Shown piece after piece: positions 41,180 to 54,885 of a stretch of DNA of 64,000 bases. The DNA is taken from positions 174,158,001 through 174,222,000 of the forward strand of contig NC_042998.1 in NCBI RefSeq assembly GCF_006345805.1, written 5' to 3'. Under the pieces are notes generated by a model that saw only the letters and a list, made by a program, of their open reading frames with translations, did not search any database and was not told the DNA's origin. The stretch's first letter is position 1; every line of letters starts with the position of its first letter. The DNA is from Octopus sinensis (lineage: Eukaryota). A program made the position numbers and the translations under genes.

Positions 41180-41633
41180 TATTTTCAACCTGTCAATATC
41201 CCTAGAGAATACATCATCACTTCAAAGCTTTAGTTTCAGCCGCATTAAATTTGACATCCATAAGCATCTTTGTATCACATTTGACAATACCTATTTCAAT
41301 TTCATCAACCGGACGTACAAAAGAATTGTCAAGCCTACTTGAAGATACAGAGTGTCGAGCTTACTGACCATCTCATCGCTTATATAAATAGACTTGACCG
41401 CCGAACACTCGATATCTACGTCTTTTGTGCCTTCTTCATCTGATATGTAGATGATATACTCACCTACTCCTCTCACTGTGAAGAGCTAACCCAACATCTG
41501 AAACCATTTGAGAGCATGAATGGCCACTTAAAGTTCAGCAGTGAACACTTACATGATACAGGATCTGTCTCTCTCTGTCTGTCTCTCTCTCTTTCTCTGT
41601 CTCCCCTCCTTCTCTCTTTGTTTCCCATGTCCC

Positions 41634-41687
<54 letters not shown>

Positions 41688-42360
41688 AAAACCCCTCCCC
41701 CTCCCCTCTCCCTCTTTCTCCACAAGTTGACCTTCCTACTCAAATCGCAAGGAAATGATATCAATACCAGATTTTACAAATAAGCCGCACACAAAGATTT
41801 GTTCCTTCAGTACAGACCAGATCTTCTTAAGAGAGGCAAGGCCGGGTACTAGCATACTTGCAGAGAATAAGAAGAATAGACCATCTACACCTCATAAGTC
41901 TAAAAAAGATATCCAGCATCCGTTTCCACTAACCTTCAAGTACTCAAAATCCAACAAAGAACGTAACCCCAAAATGAGTTTCCAGAATCTACTGCACTTT
42001 AAGGACAATAATCTGCTGTTATCCGCAAGGCTGTTCGAAAGAAGGTGTTCGTTATACAGCTAACCCACTCATGACCATCCATGTGGAAATATCTAAGCAA
42101 AGAAGCCGTTTCCAACGGCAAAGACTTTGCACGCTGGCCAGCTTCTTCATCCGCAATACAGATATGTACATAGATATATCCCGCATCAAATCCATTGCAC
42201 GCAATTCAACGGATGCTACATAAGCAACATAATTTGTTCACGATATTTGTTCACGATACGAGTCAGCCAGCTTGGATTGAATTGCATAAGATTAGTGATT
42301 CGCAACGCTTTGCTTAATACACACGTCACTCTGCTGTAGCATTTATACCGCGAAACAACA
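41180..42360 (+). pseudogene. Penelope-like element ORF remnant (RT and degenerate GIY-YIG)
   Basis: FDNTYFNF...; *YVDDIL at 41441-41461; HLKFSSEH; NTRFYK; and HQIHCTQFNGCYIS near 42180-42230, resembling Y.I.C..C...YIG. Confidence 0.65.
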
Positions 42361-42445
42361 GTATCTAGTGAAATAAGTTTCTACGAAACTCAATGCAATT
42401 AGACACATTAATTCAAATATACAAAAATTCAGCATGCCAAAAGAG

Positions 42446-42686
42446 TAAAAAAAAAAAAAATAATAATAATAATAATGATAATAATAATAATAATATAATA
42501 ATAATATAATAATAATATTATTATTATTAATAATAATAATAATAATAATAATAGTAATAGTAATAGTAATAGTAATAATAATAATAATAATATAATATAA
42601 TAATAATAATTAATAATAATAATAATAATAATGATAATAATAATAATAATAATATAATAATGATAATGATGATAATAATAATAATA

Positions 42687-42719
<33 letters not shown>

Positions 42720-42847
42720 AATAATATAATAATAATAATAATAAAATGATAATGATAATAATAATAATAATAATAAGAATAATAATAATAATAATAATAA
42801 TGATAATGGTAATAATAATAATAATAGTAATAGTAATAATAATAATG

Positions 42848-42886
<39 letters not shown>

Positions 42887-42893
42887 GTAATAG

Positions 42894-42964
<71 letters not shown>

Positions 42965-43011
42965 TAATGATAATAATAATAATGATAATGGTAATAATAA
43001 TAATAATAATT

Positions 43012-43061
<50 letters not shown>

Positions 43062-43070
43062 GATAATATA

Positions 43071-43113
<43 letters not shown>
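42446..43113. repeat. ~670-bp degenerate (AAT)n array
   Basis: Directly visible, with GAT, AGT and GGT variant units. Confidence 0.97.
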
Positions 43114-43117
<4 letters not shown>

Positions 43118-43664
43118 GCCCTGATGCACTACCAGTCAGTGGCTCTCCTGTCTTCTGATCTTAACTGATTGGAAGTGTTATCATGTACATTGTTTCGTCT
43201 TGGTATAAAAGATGAGCTACAGCAAATATTCTGCCCAATACCACAGATTTGTTTGTAAGTTGTTTGATCTTAAACAGTTGAGCATATCCCTTAGTGGCTG
43301 ACGATATGTGCACCTCTGATCACGAGCAAAACTAGTGGGGGAGCATCATGGCCATGTGTTGAGAGGGATTCTTTGGGGTTTGAATAATTCCCCTCTGGAA
43401 AAATAGGTGTTTCGTTCACCATCTTTAAACAACCCTTATTCAGGGACCTTTTGAGTGGGATGGGTTACTTGACCAGAAGAAAATTTTACTGGGCCCCACC
43501 TGCAAGGCCATGTGCTGTTTATCTTGATATGAGATCACCATATGGCTGTGATGTATGTACCTGGTGTACCCTTATCAGACGGGTAGTCATGATGGTATAC
43601 TGGGCTTCGTATATTATACCCCAGTGTCACTTTGATGGCATCCACTGCTCTCTCACTCACTCAA
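43114..43664 (+). mobile_element. S4 (TAA)n-embedded element
   Basis: Reverse complement of 16704-17262; begins aaatgccctgatgca and ends ctctcactcactcaa, followed by (TAA)n. Confidence 0.85.
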
Positions 43665-43672
43665 TAATAATA

Positions 43673-43708
<36 letters not shown>

Positions 43709-43709
<1 letters not shown>

Positions 43710-46299
43710 TCCAACCCCAAAAAGTTCTACCAAGAACTGGGCAAAAATAAAATAGAAGTCACTGCAGCACCAACGGCAGAAGAATTGGAAGAATTCTGGA
43801 GAGAAATATGGTCGGCGAACGAACCACCAAAAAAAAAAGGAGTATCAAAATAACAAACTCGGCATCTGAACAACTTTGGACCCCTATAACAACTGAAGAG
43901 GTCACCCAGGCACTGCAAAGACTAAACAACTGGAAGGCACCTGGGCATGACAAGATCCCCAACTTCTGGTTGAAATATCTAACAGGAATGCACAAAAAGC
44001 TGGCTGAAAACTTTAACAACGTACTAGCAGAGCCAGAGACAATGCCTTAATGGCTCACGAAGGGGAAAAACCATCTTAATTCCCAAATCAAATGAAACAG
44101 AAAAACCAGAAAACTACAGACCAATAACCTGCCTCCCTACTATGTTCAAGGCATTTACTGCAGTGATATCACAAAGGCTGAACAAGCACCTGGACGAAAA
44201 CAACCTGTTCCCAGAAGAGCAGAAAGGATGCCGCAAAGGCTCATATGGCTGTAAAGATCAACTAATGATTAATAAAGCCATAACTGAAGACAGCCACAGA
44301 AAGAAGAAAGGCCTCAGTATGGCCTGGATTGACTACAAAAAGGCGTTTGATAGCATCCCCCACACATGGATCCTCGAAACACTAGCCATTAACAAAGTAG
44401 CACCAACAATCATAAAATTCATAGAGCACTCTATGAATAAATGGCAAACAGCCCTACACCTCCAAACAAAAGAGGGACTCATGAAAACCAAAGACATCCC
44501 CATTAGAAGAGGAATATTCCAGGGAGACACGCTCTCTCCACTCCTTTTCTGCTTGGCACTGTCACCTCTATCTGATATGCTAAATAGAACTGGATGCGGA
44601 TATAAATGTTACGGCAAAACGATCAGCCACCTTTTATATATGGATGACCTAAAACTATACGCTGCAAATGGCAAACAGCTGGAAACGCTATTAAAGACAG
44701 TTCATGGATTTACCAAAGAAATAAATATGAAATTTGGATTAGAAAAATGCGCCAAAGTAACCATGAAAAGAGGAAAACTAGTTAAGAGTAACAACATCAC
44801 ACTAGATAAAACCAATGAAATAAAAGAATTAGACCAAAGCCAAACTTACAAATACTTAGGAATCCATGAACTAGATAAGACACAACACACACAAATGAAA
44901 GAGAAAATAAAAAAAGAATATTATAGACGAGTTAGATCAATACTAAACACAGAGCTCAATGCTAAAAACAAGATATAGGTATCAACACTTTAGCTGTCCC
45001 AGTTATAAGTTACAGCTACAATATCCTTAACTGGACACGAAATGAACTGACCAAAATAGATAGGAAAACAAGAAAAATAATGACAGGATCTAGGATGCAT
45101 CACCCAAAATCTGACATAGAAAGACTATATATACAACGTATAGAAGGTGGTAGAGGCCTTATACAGCTGGAAAACTACTATAAAATAACCACCATAGGAC
45201 TGCAAAAATATCTACTTCAGAAGGAAGGAAAACTGATCCAGATAGCGGCAAAACACGAGCAAAACAAACAACTGTTCTCAGTATTTAAGGAAGCTGACAA
45301 ATACAAACAGAAATCATACCCATAACCTAAGAGAAGAAGAAGAAGAAGAAGAAGAAGAAGAAAACAACAAAAGCTATAAAACAAATGAAATCCAAACTAA
45401 AAATAGAACAGAAACGAACCATGATAAAACGATGGCAAGAAAAGCCCCTTCATGGTAAATACTGGACTAAACTAAACGCAAAAGAAATAGACAAAGAAAA
45501 ATCCCAGCAATGGTTGAGAAGCTCAGGACTCAAAGCAGAAACAGAGGGATTTTTAATTGCAGCACAAGACCAAAGCCTCCCCACCAGAAATTACCAAAAG
45601 CATGTAATGAAAAGAAAAATTACAAGTAACTGCAGAATATGTGGAGATGGACAAGAAACAATAAATCATATTATCTCTAGCTGCCCAGTCCTGGCTAAGA
45701 AGGAATATATTCACAGACATGACAGAGTTGGAACCTACATACATTGGAAGCTATGCCAACATTATGGAATAACACAGAAAAAAAGATGGTATAGGCACAC
45801 ACCAGAAAAGGTCACAGAAAACGAGAAAGCAACCATACTCTGGGATATGCCGATACACACAGATAGAGAAATTAAGGCCAACAGACCAGATATAGTTGTC
45901 AGAGACCATGAAGAAAAAAAATGCTTTCTAATTGATGTATCAATACCGGCTGATGACAACGTGTCTCTAAAAGAAATGGAGAAACTCTCAAAATACAAAG
46001 ACCTGGAAATAGAGGTAACTAGAATGTGGAATCTGAAAACAGAAACAATTCCCATCATAGTAGGTGCATTAGGCATGATAAAAAAATATTCAGACAAATA
46101 CATAACAAAAACACCAGGACTTACAAACACATATAACATACAGAAAATTGCACTACTAGGCAGTGCACACATCCTACGCAGAACACTTTCCATGCAATAA
46201 CCTTCAGAGCATCACGACAAATCACAGCACATACCCAAGGCACACAGAGCTGCGCTCGGTAGTGAAGTGAAAGCACGCTATAAAAATAAAACTACTGAA
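43709..46299 (+). mobile_element. R4/Dong-clade non-LTR retrotransposon, 5'-truncated, RT plus CCHC and restriction-like endonuclease; ORF broken by stops and frameshifts
   Basis: KAPGHDKI, YRPITCL, AWIDYKKAFDS, RGIFQGDTLSPLLF, LYMDDLKL; CRICG..ETINHIISSC; RPDIV..D...LIDVSIP..KLSKY. (TAA)n on both sides. Confidence 0.93.
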
Positions 46300-46301
46300 T
46301 A

Positions 46302-46379
<78 letters not shown>

Positions 46380-46399
46380 TAATAATAATAATAATAATA

Positions 46400-46925
46400 A
46401 ACAGAAAAAAGATGGTATAGGCACACACCAGAAAAGGTCACAGAAAACGAGAAAGCAACCATACTCTGGGATATGTCAATACACACAGATAGAGAAATTA
46501 AGGCCAACGGGCCAGATATAGTTGTCAGAGATCATGAAGAAAAAAATGCTCTCTAATTGATGTATCAATACGAGCAGATGACAACCTGTCTCTAAAAGAA
46601 ATGGAGAAACTTTCAAAATACAAAGACCTGGAAATAGAAGTAACTAGAATGTGGAATCTAAAAACAGAAACAATTCCCATCATAGTAGATGCATTAGGTA
46701 TGATAAAAAAAATATTCAGACAAATACGTAACAACAACACCAGGACTTACAAACACATATAACATAAAGAAAATTGCACTACCAGGCACTGCACACATCG
46801 TACGCAGAACATTTTCAATACAGTAACCATAAGAGCATCACAACAAATCACAGCACATACCCAAGGCACACAGAGCTGCGCTCGGTAGTGAAGTAAAAGC
46901 GCGTTATAAGAATAAAACTACTGAA
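46400..46925 (+). mobile_element. Second, more truncated Dong-like copy in tandem
   Basis: Diverged duplicate of 45773-46299, separated by (TAA)n and followed by (TGA)/(TAA)n. Confidence 0.92.
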
Positions 46926-46964
46926 TGATGATAATAATAATGATAATGATAATGATGATGATGA

Positions 46965-47036
<72 letters not shown>

Positions 47037-48208
47037 TTGCTTACATAATTAACAGATCATTCTTACATTCTCTAGTTTTACAGCTTTTTGGATGGAATTT
47101 TCACTGGAAATATCACGACTAATTGAATACTTCTATGTTACATTTAAATATATTCGTTAATGCTATTTCTTATATTTAATATTCCATTTGCATTGCAATG
47201 CCCTTCTGTTTTTTTTTCTAAATATCCCGCAATGCTTAAAGCAAACTACAACACTTTTACACACACGCACAAGCATGTCTATGTGTGTATGAATAACAGA
47301 ATAAATGTATATATGTGTGAATATATACATTAATGTGAGCGTAAATTCCTATGTTCAGAGATGGCCATTTGACAGGGTTGATAGAGCGTCAGATAGATCG
47401 GCTTACAGTAGTAACCGTAGCAACTCTCTGCTTTCTGATGTGAAATCCCATCAAGATCAACTTCACCCTTCGTCCTTCCTGAATCGATAAGCAAAATACC
47501 AGTACTTTACAAGAGTTGATGCTTCTCTAAGGCCCAAAGCGAAATTATACATAGAGAAACTTTATGCACACACTCACACGCAAACACACATATTTATATA
47601 CACACATATATTTTCTGACATATCCATACACATATTCATTTATACATTATTAGAGATGTGTATATGTGAATAAAAACATAGAGATACAGATAGAAATAGT
47701 TAAACAGACAGACAGACAGACATACATACAGACATAGATGTCTACGCACGCGCGAGTCTGAGGTAGGTTTGAATAGACAAACAAGAATAAAATTACTTAA
47801 CACCGGAGTAGTGAGCAAATATTTATTATAGTAATGAGATTCCTTTCATCACTATAACACAGAGGTTGTACAATGAAACACAAAGTGTATGTGAAATATT
47901 CTGCTTATGGACGTCGTCTCTGACAAGACGAGACGGGTATGCTTTATAAAAATAAATTATGATAATGAAGGGACGCGGATTATAAAATCACACGCACAAA
48001 TAGATACTGATATGCATCAACATCAATACTTACGTATATATGTATCTACACCACATGTATAAGCACTCACACAATTATATACATGCGCGCATGCCCCAAC
48101 ACACATGCACTCGCACACATATGCATAAATTATACAGCCGCAAGCCGTCACTCAGAATCGATTATTACCTGGTAATATGCATCATGCATTAGCAAATTTA
48201 TTGAAGAG

Positions 48209-48584
48209 CCTCTGAGCTCGCGGAAACACAAACCTTCGACCCCTGAGCTCGCGAAAACACAAACCTTCGGCCTCTGAGCTCGCGAAAATACAAACCTTCG
48301 GCCTCTGAGCTCTCGAGAACACAAACCTTAGGCCTCTGAGCTCGCGAAAACACAAACCTTCGGCCTCTGAGCTCGCGAAAACACAAATCTTCGGCTTCTG
48401 AGCTCGCGAAAACACAAACCCTCGGCCTCTGAGCTCTCGAAAACACAAACCTTCGGCCTCTGAGCTCTCGAAAACACAAACCTTCGGCCTCTGAGCTCGC
48501 GAAAACACAAACCTTCGGCCTCTGAGCCCGCGAAAACACAAACCTTCGTCCTCTGAGCCCGCGAAAACACAAACCTTCGGCCTC
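48209..48584. repeat. 31-bp minisatellite, 12 head-to-tail units
   Basis: Consensus CCTCTGAGCTCGCGAAAACACAAACCTTCGG; exact 31-nt period, no indels, no spacers. Confidence 0.97.
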
Positions 48585-49989
48585 CTCACTGTTGATGCAC
48601 CTAAATACCTGCGATCGAGTTATAGACGGCTGCACGAACACTCGGTTTGCATGCATCCAAAAATATATACACACACTATGCATACGCACACACATTAGAT
48701 ATATATCCACATTCATCCATACATATGCTTGTGCTATATATTAGCCCACACCCTCCCTTAAATCGACTTGCCTGTGCTCGGTATGCCACACGTCAGATGT
48801 CGAACTGATCACAGTGCAACGTGAAATGATGTGTTCGGGATTCGAAATCACGACCTTACAACCGCGAGCGCAACACACTAACCACTGGGCTTCATGCAGT
48901 CATACACCATGTAGGTATATGTATATATGTATCGACACACATGTATGCATATGTATTTGAATACACTTATGTACAATACGGCGTAAATCTGAAAGATTCA
49001 AATATATTGATAAATTATCTATTACGATGTCTTACATCTGTGATAGGAAGTTATAAGAATATAAACGCATTCCTTCTAAAAAAAAAAGAAGTGAAAAAGC
49101 ATGTAAACGTATGAATGAGTTTCGTATTTGTTCACTCCTCCCCAGTAGAAAAATACCAGATTAACTTTCCCAGTCGGTAGCAGAGAATATTCAACTGCTA
49201 TATGAAGCAAACAGGATTTAAGCTATTATAATAATGGATAGATTAATTTGCATATTTGTATTAATTATATAATATATTATTTTATGCACAACACAGCGTG
49301 AAGCAGAAGAACCGAATTAAATTTAAATATAAAAAAAAGCTTTAGGGCTGCGATAGAAATTTCTAAAACTGTTAATATACAAATCTTCTAGGCTTCCAAT
49401 GTGTCTGAAAGAGAGTGGAAGAACTTCTTATTGGAATGTTTTGCAGTTTGTTAAATGCTCCTCATTGGATACGTAACCGACTTCCTTCATAATAATCAAC
49501 ACGCACGCACAAACACACACACACATACATACAAAAAAATTGCATTCATACTTATGCATCAATGCATATATACACACAAACATCTAAGTTTATTTTTCGA
49601 AGCAGTCGCAACTATATACATACGTACACACATAACTATGCACTGCAGGGCGCATTAGAAAGCTTCTACAACATAGACAATTTACGCATGATATTTTATG
49701 ATATATAAATTATCAATGCTTAACGTCCAATTGATTAACTTGGTTTCCTTTAACGTTGTCTTGCTATGATGTTTATAGTAAATACCTACAAAGGGCATGC
49801 CTTTCATAACATATTTTTGTTTGGTTTTACATATTTGAATTGAGTGGAAAAAAAAATAAAATAAAGAGTGATGAATAACCATATTATTAATTCATTTTGT
49901 TTTATTTCATGATCGTCATCCAAAGTCTCATCTTTTTTTTTATTTACCGCTATTTAAAACTAAAAATATAGAATAACAATAAAAAAAAT

Positions 49990-50237
49990 AAATGCGCCCT
50001 TTTAAAGCCTAGCCAGGCTCATGGGATCGGTTCCCCGGTTTCAATAGCGTATGTGTTCCCCAGCTGGACGGGACGCCAGTCCATCGCAGCGTTACTCATT
50101 TTTGCTAGCTGAGTGGACTGGAGCAACGTGAAACGAAGTGTTTTGCTCAAGAATACAGCGCGTCGCCCGGTCCAGGAATCGAAACCACAATCTTACGATC
50201 ATGATGCTGACACTCTAACCACTAAGCCACGCGCCTC
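49990..50237 (-). mobile_element. SINE S3 (tRNA head, Meta-domain-like core)
   Basis: Reverse complement reads gaggcgcgtggcttagtggttag...ggtttcgattcc...gcgatggactggcgtcccgtccag. Confidence 0.85.
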
Positions 50238-50246
50238 CACAAATAT

Positions 50247-50485
50247 ATGCGCCCTTTTAAAGCCTAGCCAGGCTTATGGTTTCCCGGTTTCAATGGCGTA
50301 TGTGTTCCCCAGGTGAACAGGACACCAGTCCATCGCAGCGTTACTCATTTTTGCCAGCTCAGTGGACTGGAGCAACGTGAAATGAAGTGTTTTGCTCAAG
50401 AACACAACGCGTCGCCCGGTCCTGGAATCGAAACCATAATTTTACGATCATCATGCTGACATCCTAACCACTAAGCCACGTGCCT
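50247..50485 (-). mobile_element. SINE S3, tandem second copy
   Basis: Head-to-tail near-duplicate of 49990-50237. Confidence 0.85.
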
Positions 50486-50928
50486 ATACAGAATAAACAA
50501 TAGTTAAGTAAAAAACGAAATTTCAATTTTAACAGACACCAATTAATGCGCTTCTAAAACTGAGTTTTTTAAATGTTTTTTTTTTTTAATCCACTTCAAA
50601 GTAACAATTTTCTTCAATGTGCTGAGGGTAAAATAGTTCATCAGTCAAGTTAGCTTTCCGTTAGCTTTTTAAAAATGATATTAAATGAAAGTCGTAATAA
50701 ATTGCCGCAAATATATAAGAAATTAACGCAAATATATAAAACAAATAAATAAATCGTGATATGTAGAGAGAGGCAAGTATATAGATTGAAACAAAGCGGT
50801 TGATATTCAAAACTAACCAAATTTAGTTTTCGTTTGATTTTACTCTGAAATGTAGAAAGACTTGTTTTTTCAATTTTGACTTTGTAAATATTTATTTCTT
50901 AATTTAACCCCGTTGCAATGATGGAGGA

Positions 50929-51450
50929 ATGTGCACTGTCAGTGGATACAAAAACAGCAAATAACGTTGTACGGTTAAGTGTCTAGAAATACTGTTTCTC
51001 CTTGTAGACAATTCTCCAAGTAGTTCAACAAACGTGGATGACCTAACAAATGTTGTTCAAATAGCTTTTCCGCCAGCAAAAAAAAAACAGCTTGATTTAC
51101 TCTGTGAGGCAAATAATTACTGGCACGTTCAAAGCAAAATTTATACGGTTTGCCTTAAAGTAAATGATTTGGCTTTTAGCTGGTACCATTAAGTCTTTTT
51201 TAAAGTAATTTTGAGCGTTGTAACCACATTGTGAATTTATGACAGCTAGTGAAATTTTGAAAGAGTGTTGATGAGAATGTAGAGCAACCACAATGAATCG
51301 TGTCGGGCTAAATACCTACACAGACTACATTGCAAGCTTCCTGTATATTGAGGAAGCAATACAAAACATTCAATCTATTGCCTGGTACAACAGGTTGGAT
51401 TTAATGCAATAAATAGAGATGGTCTCGAACTACTCAGTTACATTGCGTGA
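50929..51450 (+). pseudogene. pogo/Tigger (DDE_1) transposase remnant
   Basis: SGYKNSK*RCTV (cf. PG.K.SK.RLTV), ILFLLVDNSPS...NVVQIAFPP (cf. LL.DNAP.H...V.FLPP), IEEAIQNI..AW. Confidence 0.6.
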
Positions 51451-51643
51451 TGTGGGAAACCCGTGCTGCTGAAGAAGACAAAGAATGCGGAACTACTAGG
51501 AATTTTGATAACTAAAGATTTGTTTAATGCCTTGTAGATAAAGTTATAGGCATTTTAGATAGATTGTTGCCACTTTTTACTAAAATAGATCCATTTTTAT
51601 TAAATAGAGAGAAATGGTCAGAAGTAAAACTGGATAATAATAA

Positions 51644-53626
51644 CACTGGTCAACACAATTTTTGCTGCCAAGATACAGAACATGCTTTTTAGCTAATTTG
51701 ATGGTGTAGATTCCGAAAATGACCTTAGCTACCGTTTTGCTGTACTGAAATTGCTCATTTTTGGAAAGAAGATCAATGTACGATCTTGGCTGATCGCAAA
51801 ATATAGTTAAAAAGGTAAAAAATGGTAGTAGAAGTAGCAGAAACCCATGAATGTTCACGTAGGCTGAGTACTTTGTGTCGGCCACCCGAAATAAACTATA
51901 CTTATAGGAAAAAAGTGTTTTTGAGTCAAAACGTTTAAAATAGAGGAACCGAATTTTTCCAATTTATTGCGAAAATTCAAATTAACTGATAAACTTTATC
52001 AATAATACACTTTAGTAAACCTGATAATTAAGGTGAGATTAAACAAAATGAAACCCTAAAATCTGTTTGATATTCACAAATTTATCCCATCACTTTTATC
52101 CTTTCAATACGGAAGGATACCAAGCACATAAAGAGCTGTTGTTTTCACAGTTGGAAAAAAAACTCCAACTAAAGACATCCCAATTGAATTCCATTGTATA
52201 TGATGGATATCATGAAAATGGTTTCACCACAACGTCTGCCCTCCACGCGAGATAACGAAGGTACGAAGTAGAATCAGCGTAACGACTCTTTCCGTCTTTT
52301 GTTATTGACAGTTTTACAAGTCTTTCCGTAGAACTTTAGGAAAGATCAAATTACCTAAATGTGAACACACAAAGTGCAATGCAAATGCTCAACCAACTTA
52401 TGTACCCTTTTAATCATAGAGATAGATATCAAATGGCATGACTTCAATGAGAGGATGCAAAAATGATCCCAACTTATTTTGCTCTACATGCAGCGAGTTC
52501 ACACCGAAAGCCAACAGGAAACTGATATCTGACTTTTACAAGAAAGCCTATCGTGCTTACTTTCGTGTCGAGTTTGGTGATCCAGACAAATCACGGGCCC
52601 CTCACATTGTTTGCGAGACAAAGTGACGAGTTTGATACTGATGTAAATGAGGGACACAGCGAAAACGATCCTGACTATGTTCCCGAAACCGTGCCAAAGC
52701 CGTTTAACCAAAATGAGCTGAATGATTTGATTTGAGACTTAAATCTAAGCAAAGAATCAGCAGAAATTTTGGCCTCTAGGCTCAATGTAAAACACCTGAT
52801 AGCAAAAGGCACAAAGGTTACATTCTATCGAAATAGGGATGCTGAATTTGTACCATTCTTTAATGAGAACACGGATTTTGTTCATTGCAATGGCGTTGAG
52901 AGCGTTCTTCTTCGACTTGGCGTCCACAAATGCGATCCTGATGAATGGGTGTTGTTCATTGATAGTTCTAATATGAGTATTAAGGTTCATTTTTTACATA
53001 GCCATCTAGATAAATTTCTAGATAATTGCGGCGATGTGGGTGATGAGCAAGGAGAACAATTCCATCAGGATATCAAAACAATGTAAGAGTGCTACCAGGG
53101 ATGGTGGAACAAACGAATGATGGCTGACTACTGCTGGAGTATCAAAAGGGACTTAAACAACATTGAACATGACAGACAATCAAGAAAAAGAAAATTTTTA
53201 CCATAGTTCTTATGTTCACAAAAGTTTTATTTCCGCTGTTAGTTTATTTAATGATTTGATGAAAATACTTGTTGGTCTTGGTATATTCAATTGCGTTATT
53301 TTTAAAGACTTAGGGTCTGATTGTCAATGCACAATAGTATTTCTCAATAAGTAGACCAATATTTGTAGGTTTAAATACGAATTGAGAGGTTTCTACAATT
53401 TTACTTTGGGAAATATTGTTATCGATCAATATCAAATATACAGAAAACAAATGACAAAAATGCTTTTTTTTTTTTTAACAATGAGGCATTTCTGTACAGT
53501 AAAAATAAGTAGCTAACCAAGAAAAGGTAAGGTCGTTTTCAGATTCAGCGCCTTCAAGTTAGCTAAAAAAAATAGATGTTTGGTGTCTCGACAGCATTTC
53601 AAAATTTTCCTTTTGTTTGACCAGTG
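51644..53626 (+). mobile_element. Chapaev3-like DNA transposon, internally deleted transposase (52438-53206)
   Basis: Imperfect ~90-bp TIRs starting CACTGGTCAA / TTGACCAGTG; TAA on both sides (51641-51643, 53627-53629); protein CKNDPNLFCSTC...AYFRVEFGDPDKSRAPH and HFLHSHLDKF...DEQGEQFHQDI...MADYCW. The family name is from recollection of this motif set. Confidence 0.75.
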
Positions 53627-54606
53627 TAATGGGTGAATACAAATGCTGCCAAACAATATACACACAGATGAAAATGCACGACGACAATCCTTGGGGATGT
53701 TTTTTGAATAGATAACAAGGATTTTGGGTTTTACGAATTTTCTTAAACGTGTAAATAATACACAAGTATTCAAGATACAATATTAGAAGAGTACTGAGGC
53801 TTTATTTAGAAGTTTAGCGATGATTATGTGACTTGAAATATACCGTAGGCCCATAATTCACACTTCTTTCTTCGAGCGCATTGTTGAATTAGATTTGTCT
53901 GTCATTTTACTTTAAACATAGAAGAAATAACGTTAAGTGAGGACTAATAGTACAACATCGTCTAACTTAAATTTGTACTAAATTCCTTCCTGAGAATAAT
54001 AAAATGAAAGAAGAATAAAACGAAAAATTAAAGTTGATTTCAATATAAAGGTGTATATAATATGTTTTAAGACGAACATAACGAAATTTGATGTAGAATA
54101 TTCCTTAATCTAATATAGTACATTAAAGTATTAATTTTCCTAAACATAGCGGGACAGACGAAATAAATTATGCACAGTTGTCCACCAGATAATAACAATG
54201 TTAAATGTAAGTGAAAAAGAAAACAGTTATGAGGAGAAATCTGTAATTACTCCATTTAGATAATAACTTGAGGTTACGACTCAATACCAACGTAGAGGTT
54301 AGGTTCACAAAACCAGAAAACTCAATCAAAAGATAAGAGCTAAAAGTTATCAAACGATTATATTAAAATATGTAAAACATTCTAGAAGTTTAGCATGTAA
54401 TAAGACATTCATTCCTGCCCCAGGTGTGCTTACGCAGATATGTATATACATATGTGTACGTGCATAAAGGGGTTAAAGCATGCATGCATATATACATACT
54501 TTTATACATATATTCTTCTATAAGCATCCATACGTATATACATAGATGTATATGCATGTATATATGCCTACATAAACATATAGGCATATATACATGCATA
54601 TATAAA

Positions 54607-54655
<49 letters not shown>

Positions 54656-54688
54656 AAGGAGATGTCGAACACGAGTGGTGATATATAA

Positions 54689-54885
54689 AAAAGGAAATGA
54701 AGAAAATGCTGACAAATAATTGAAGTAATTTAAGTAATTTAATTAGGTGAAAGTTCTTTTTACCGGTTGCGCATTTGTTATGCATATTTTGATAAGCATA
54801 ACAAATGCGCAACCGGTAAAAAGAACTTTCACCTAATTAAATTACTTAAATTACTTCAATTATTTGTCAGCATTTTCTTCATTTC

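Noticed and set aside
43299-43340. CTGACGA in S4 as a hammerhead
   Set aside because: Followed by GAAG or AAAA rather than GAAA, and no helix I complement.
48209-48584. CRISPR-like array
   Set aside because: Units are contiguous with no unique spacers, there are no cas genes, and the context is eukaryotic.
48182-48716. Repetitive 135-172 aa ORFs on the minus strand
   Set aside because: Product of the 31-bp minisatellite; the period is not a multiple of three and all frames give the same cycling peptide.
50908-50980. EGF-like motif PRCNDGGMCTVSGYKNSK*RC
   Set aside because: Contains a stop, has no splice acceptor, and the same frame continues into pogo DDE_1 motifs.
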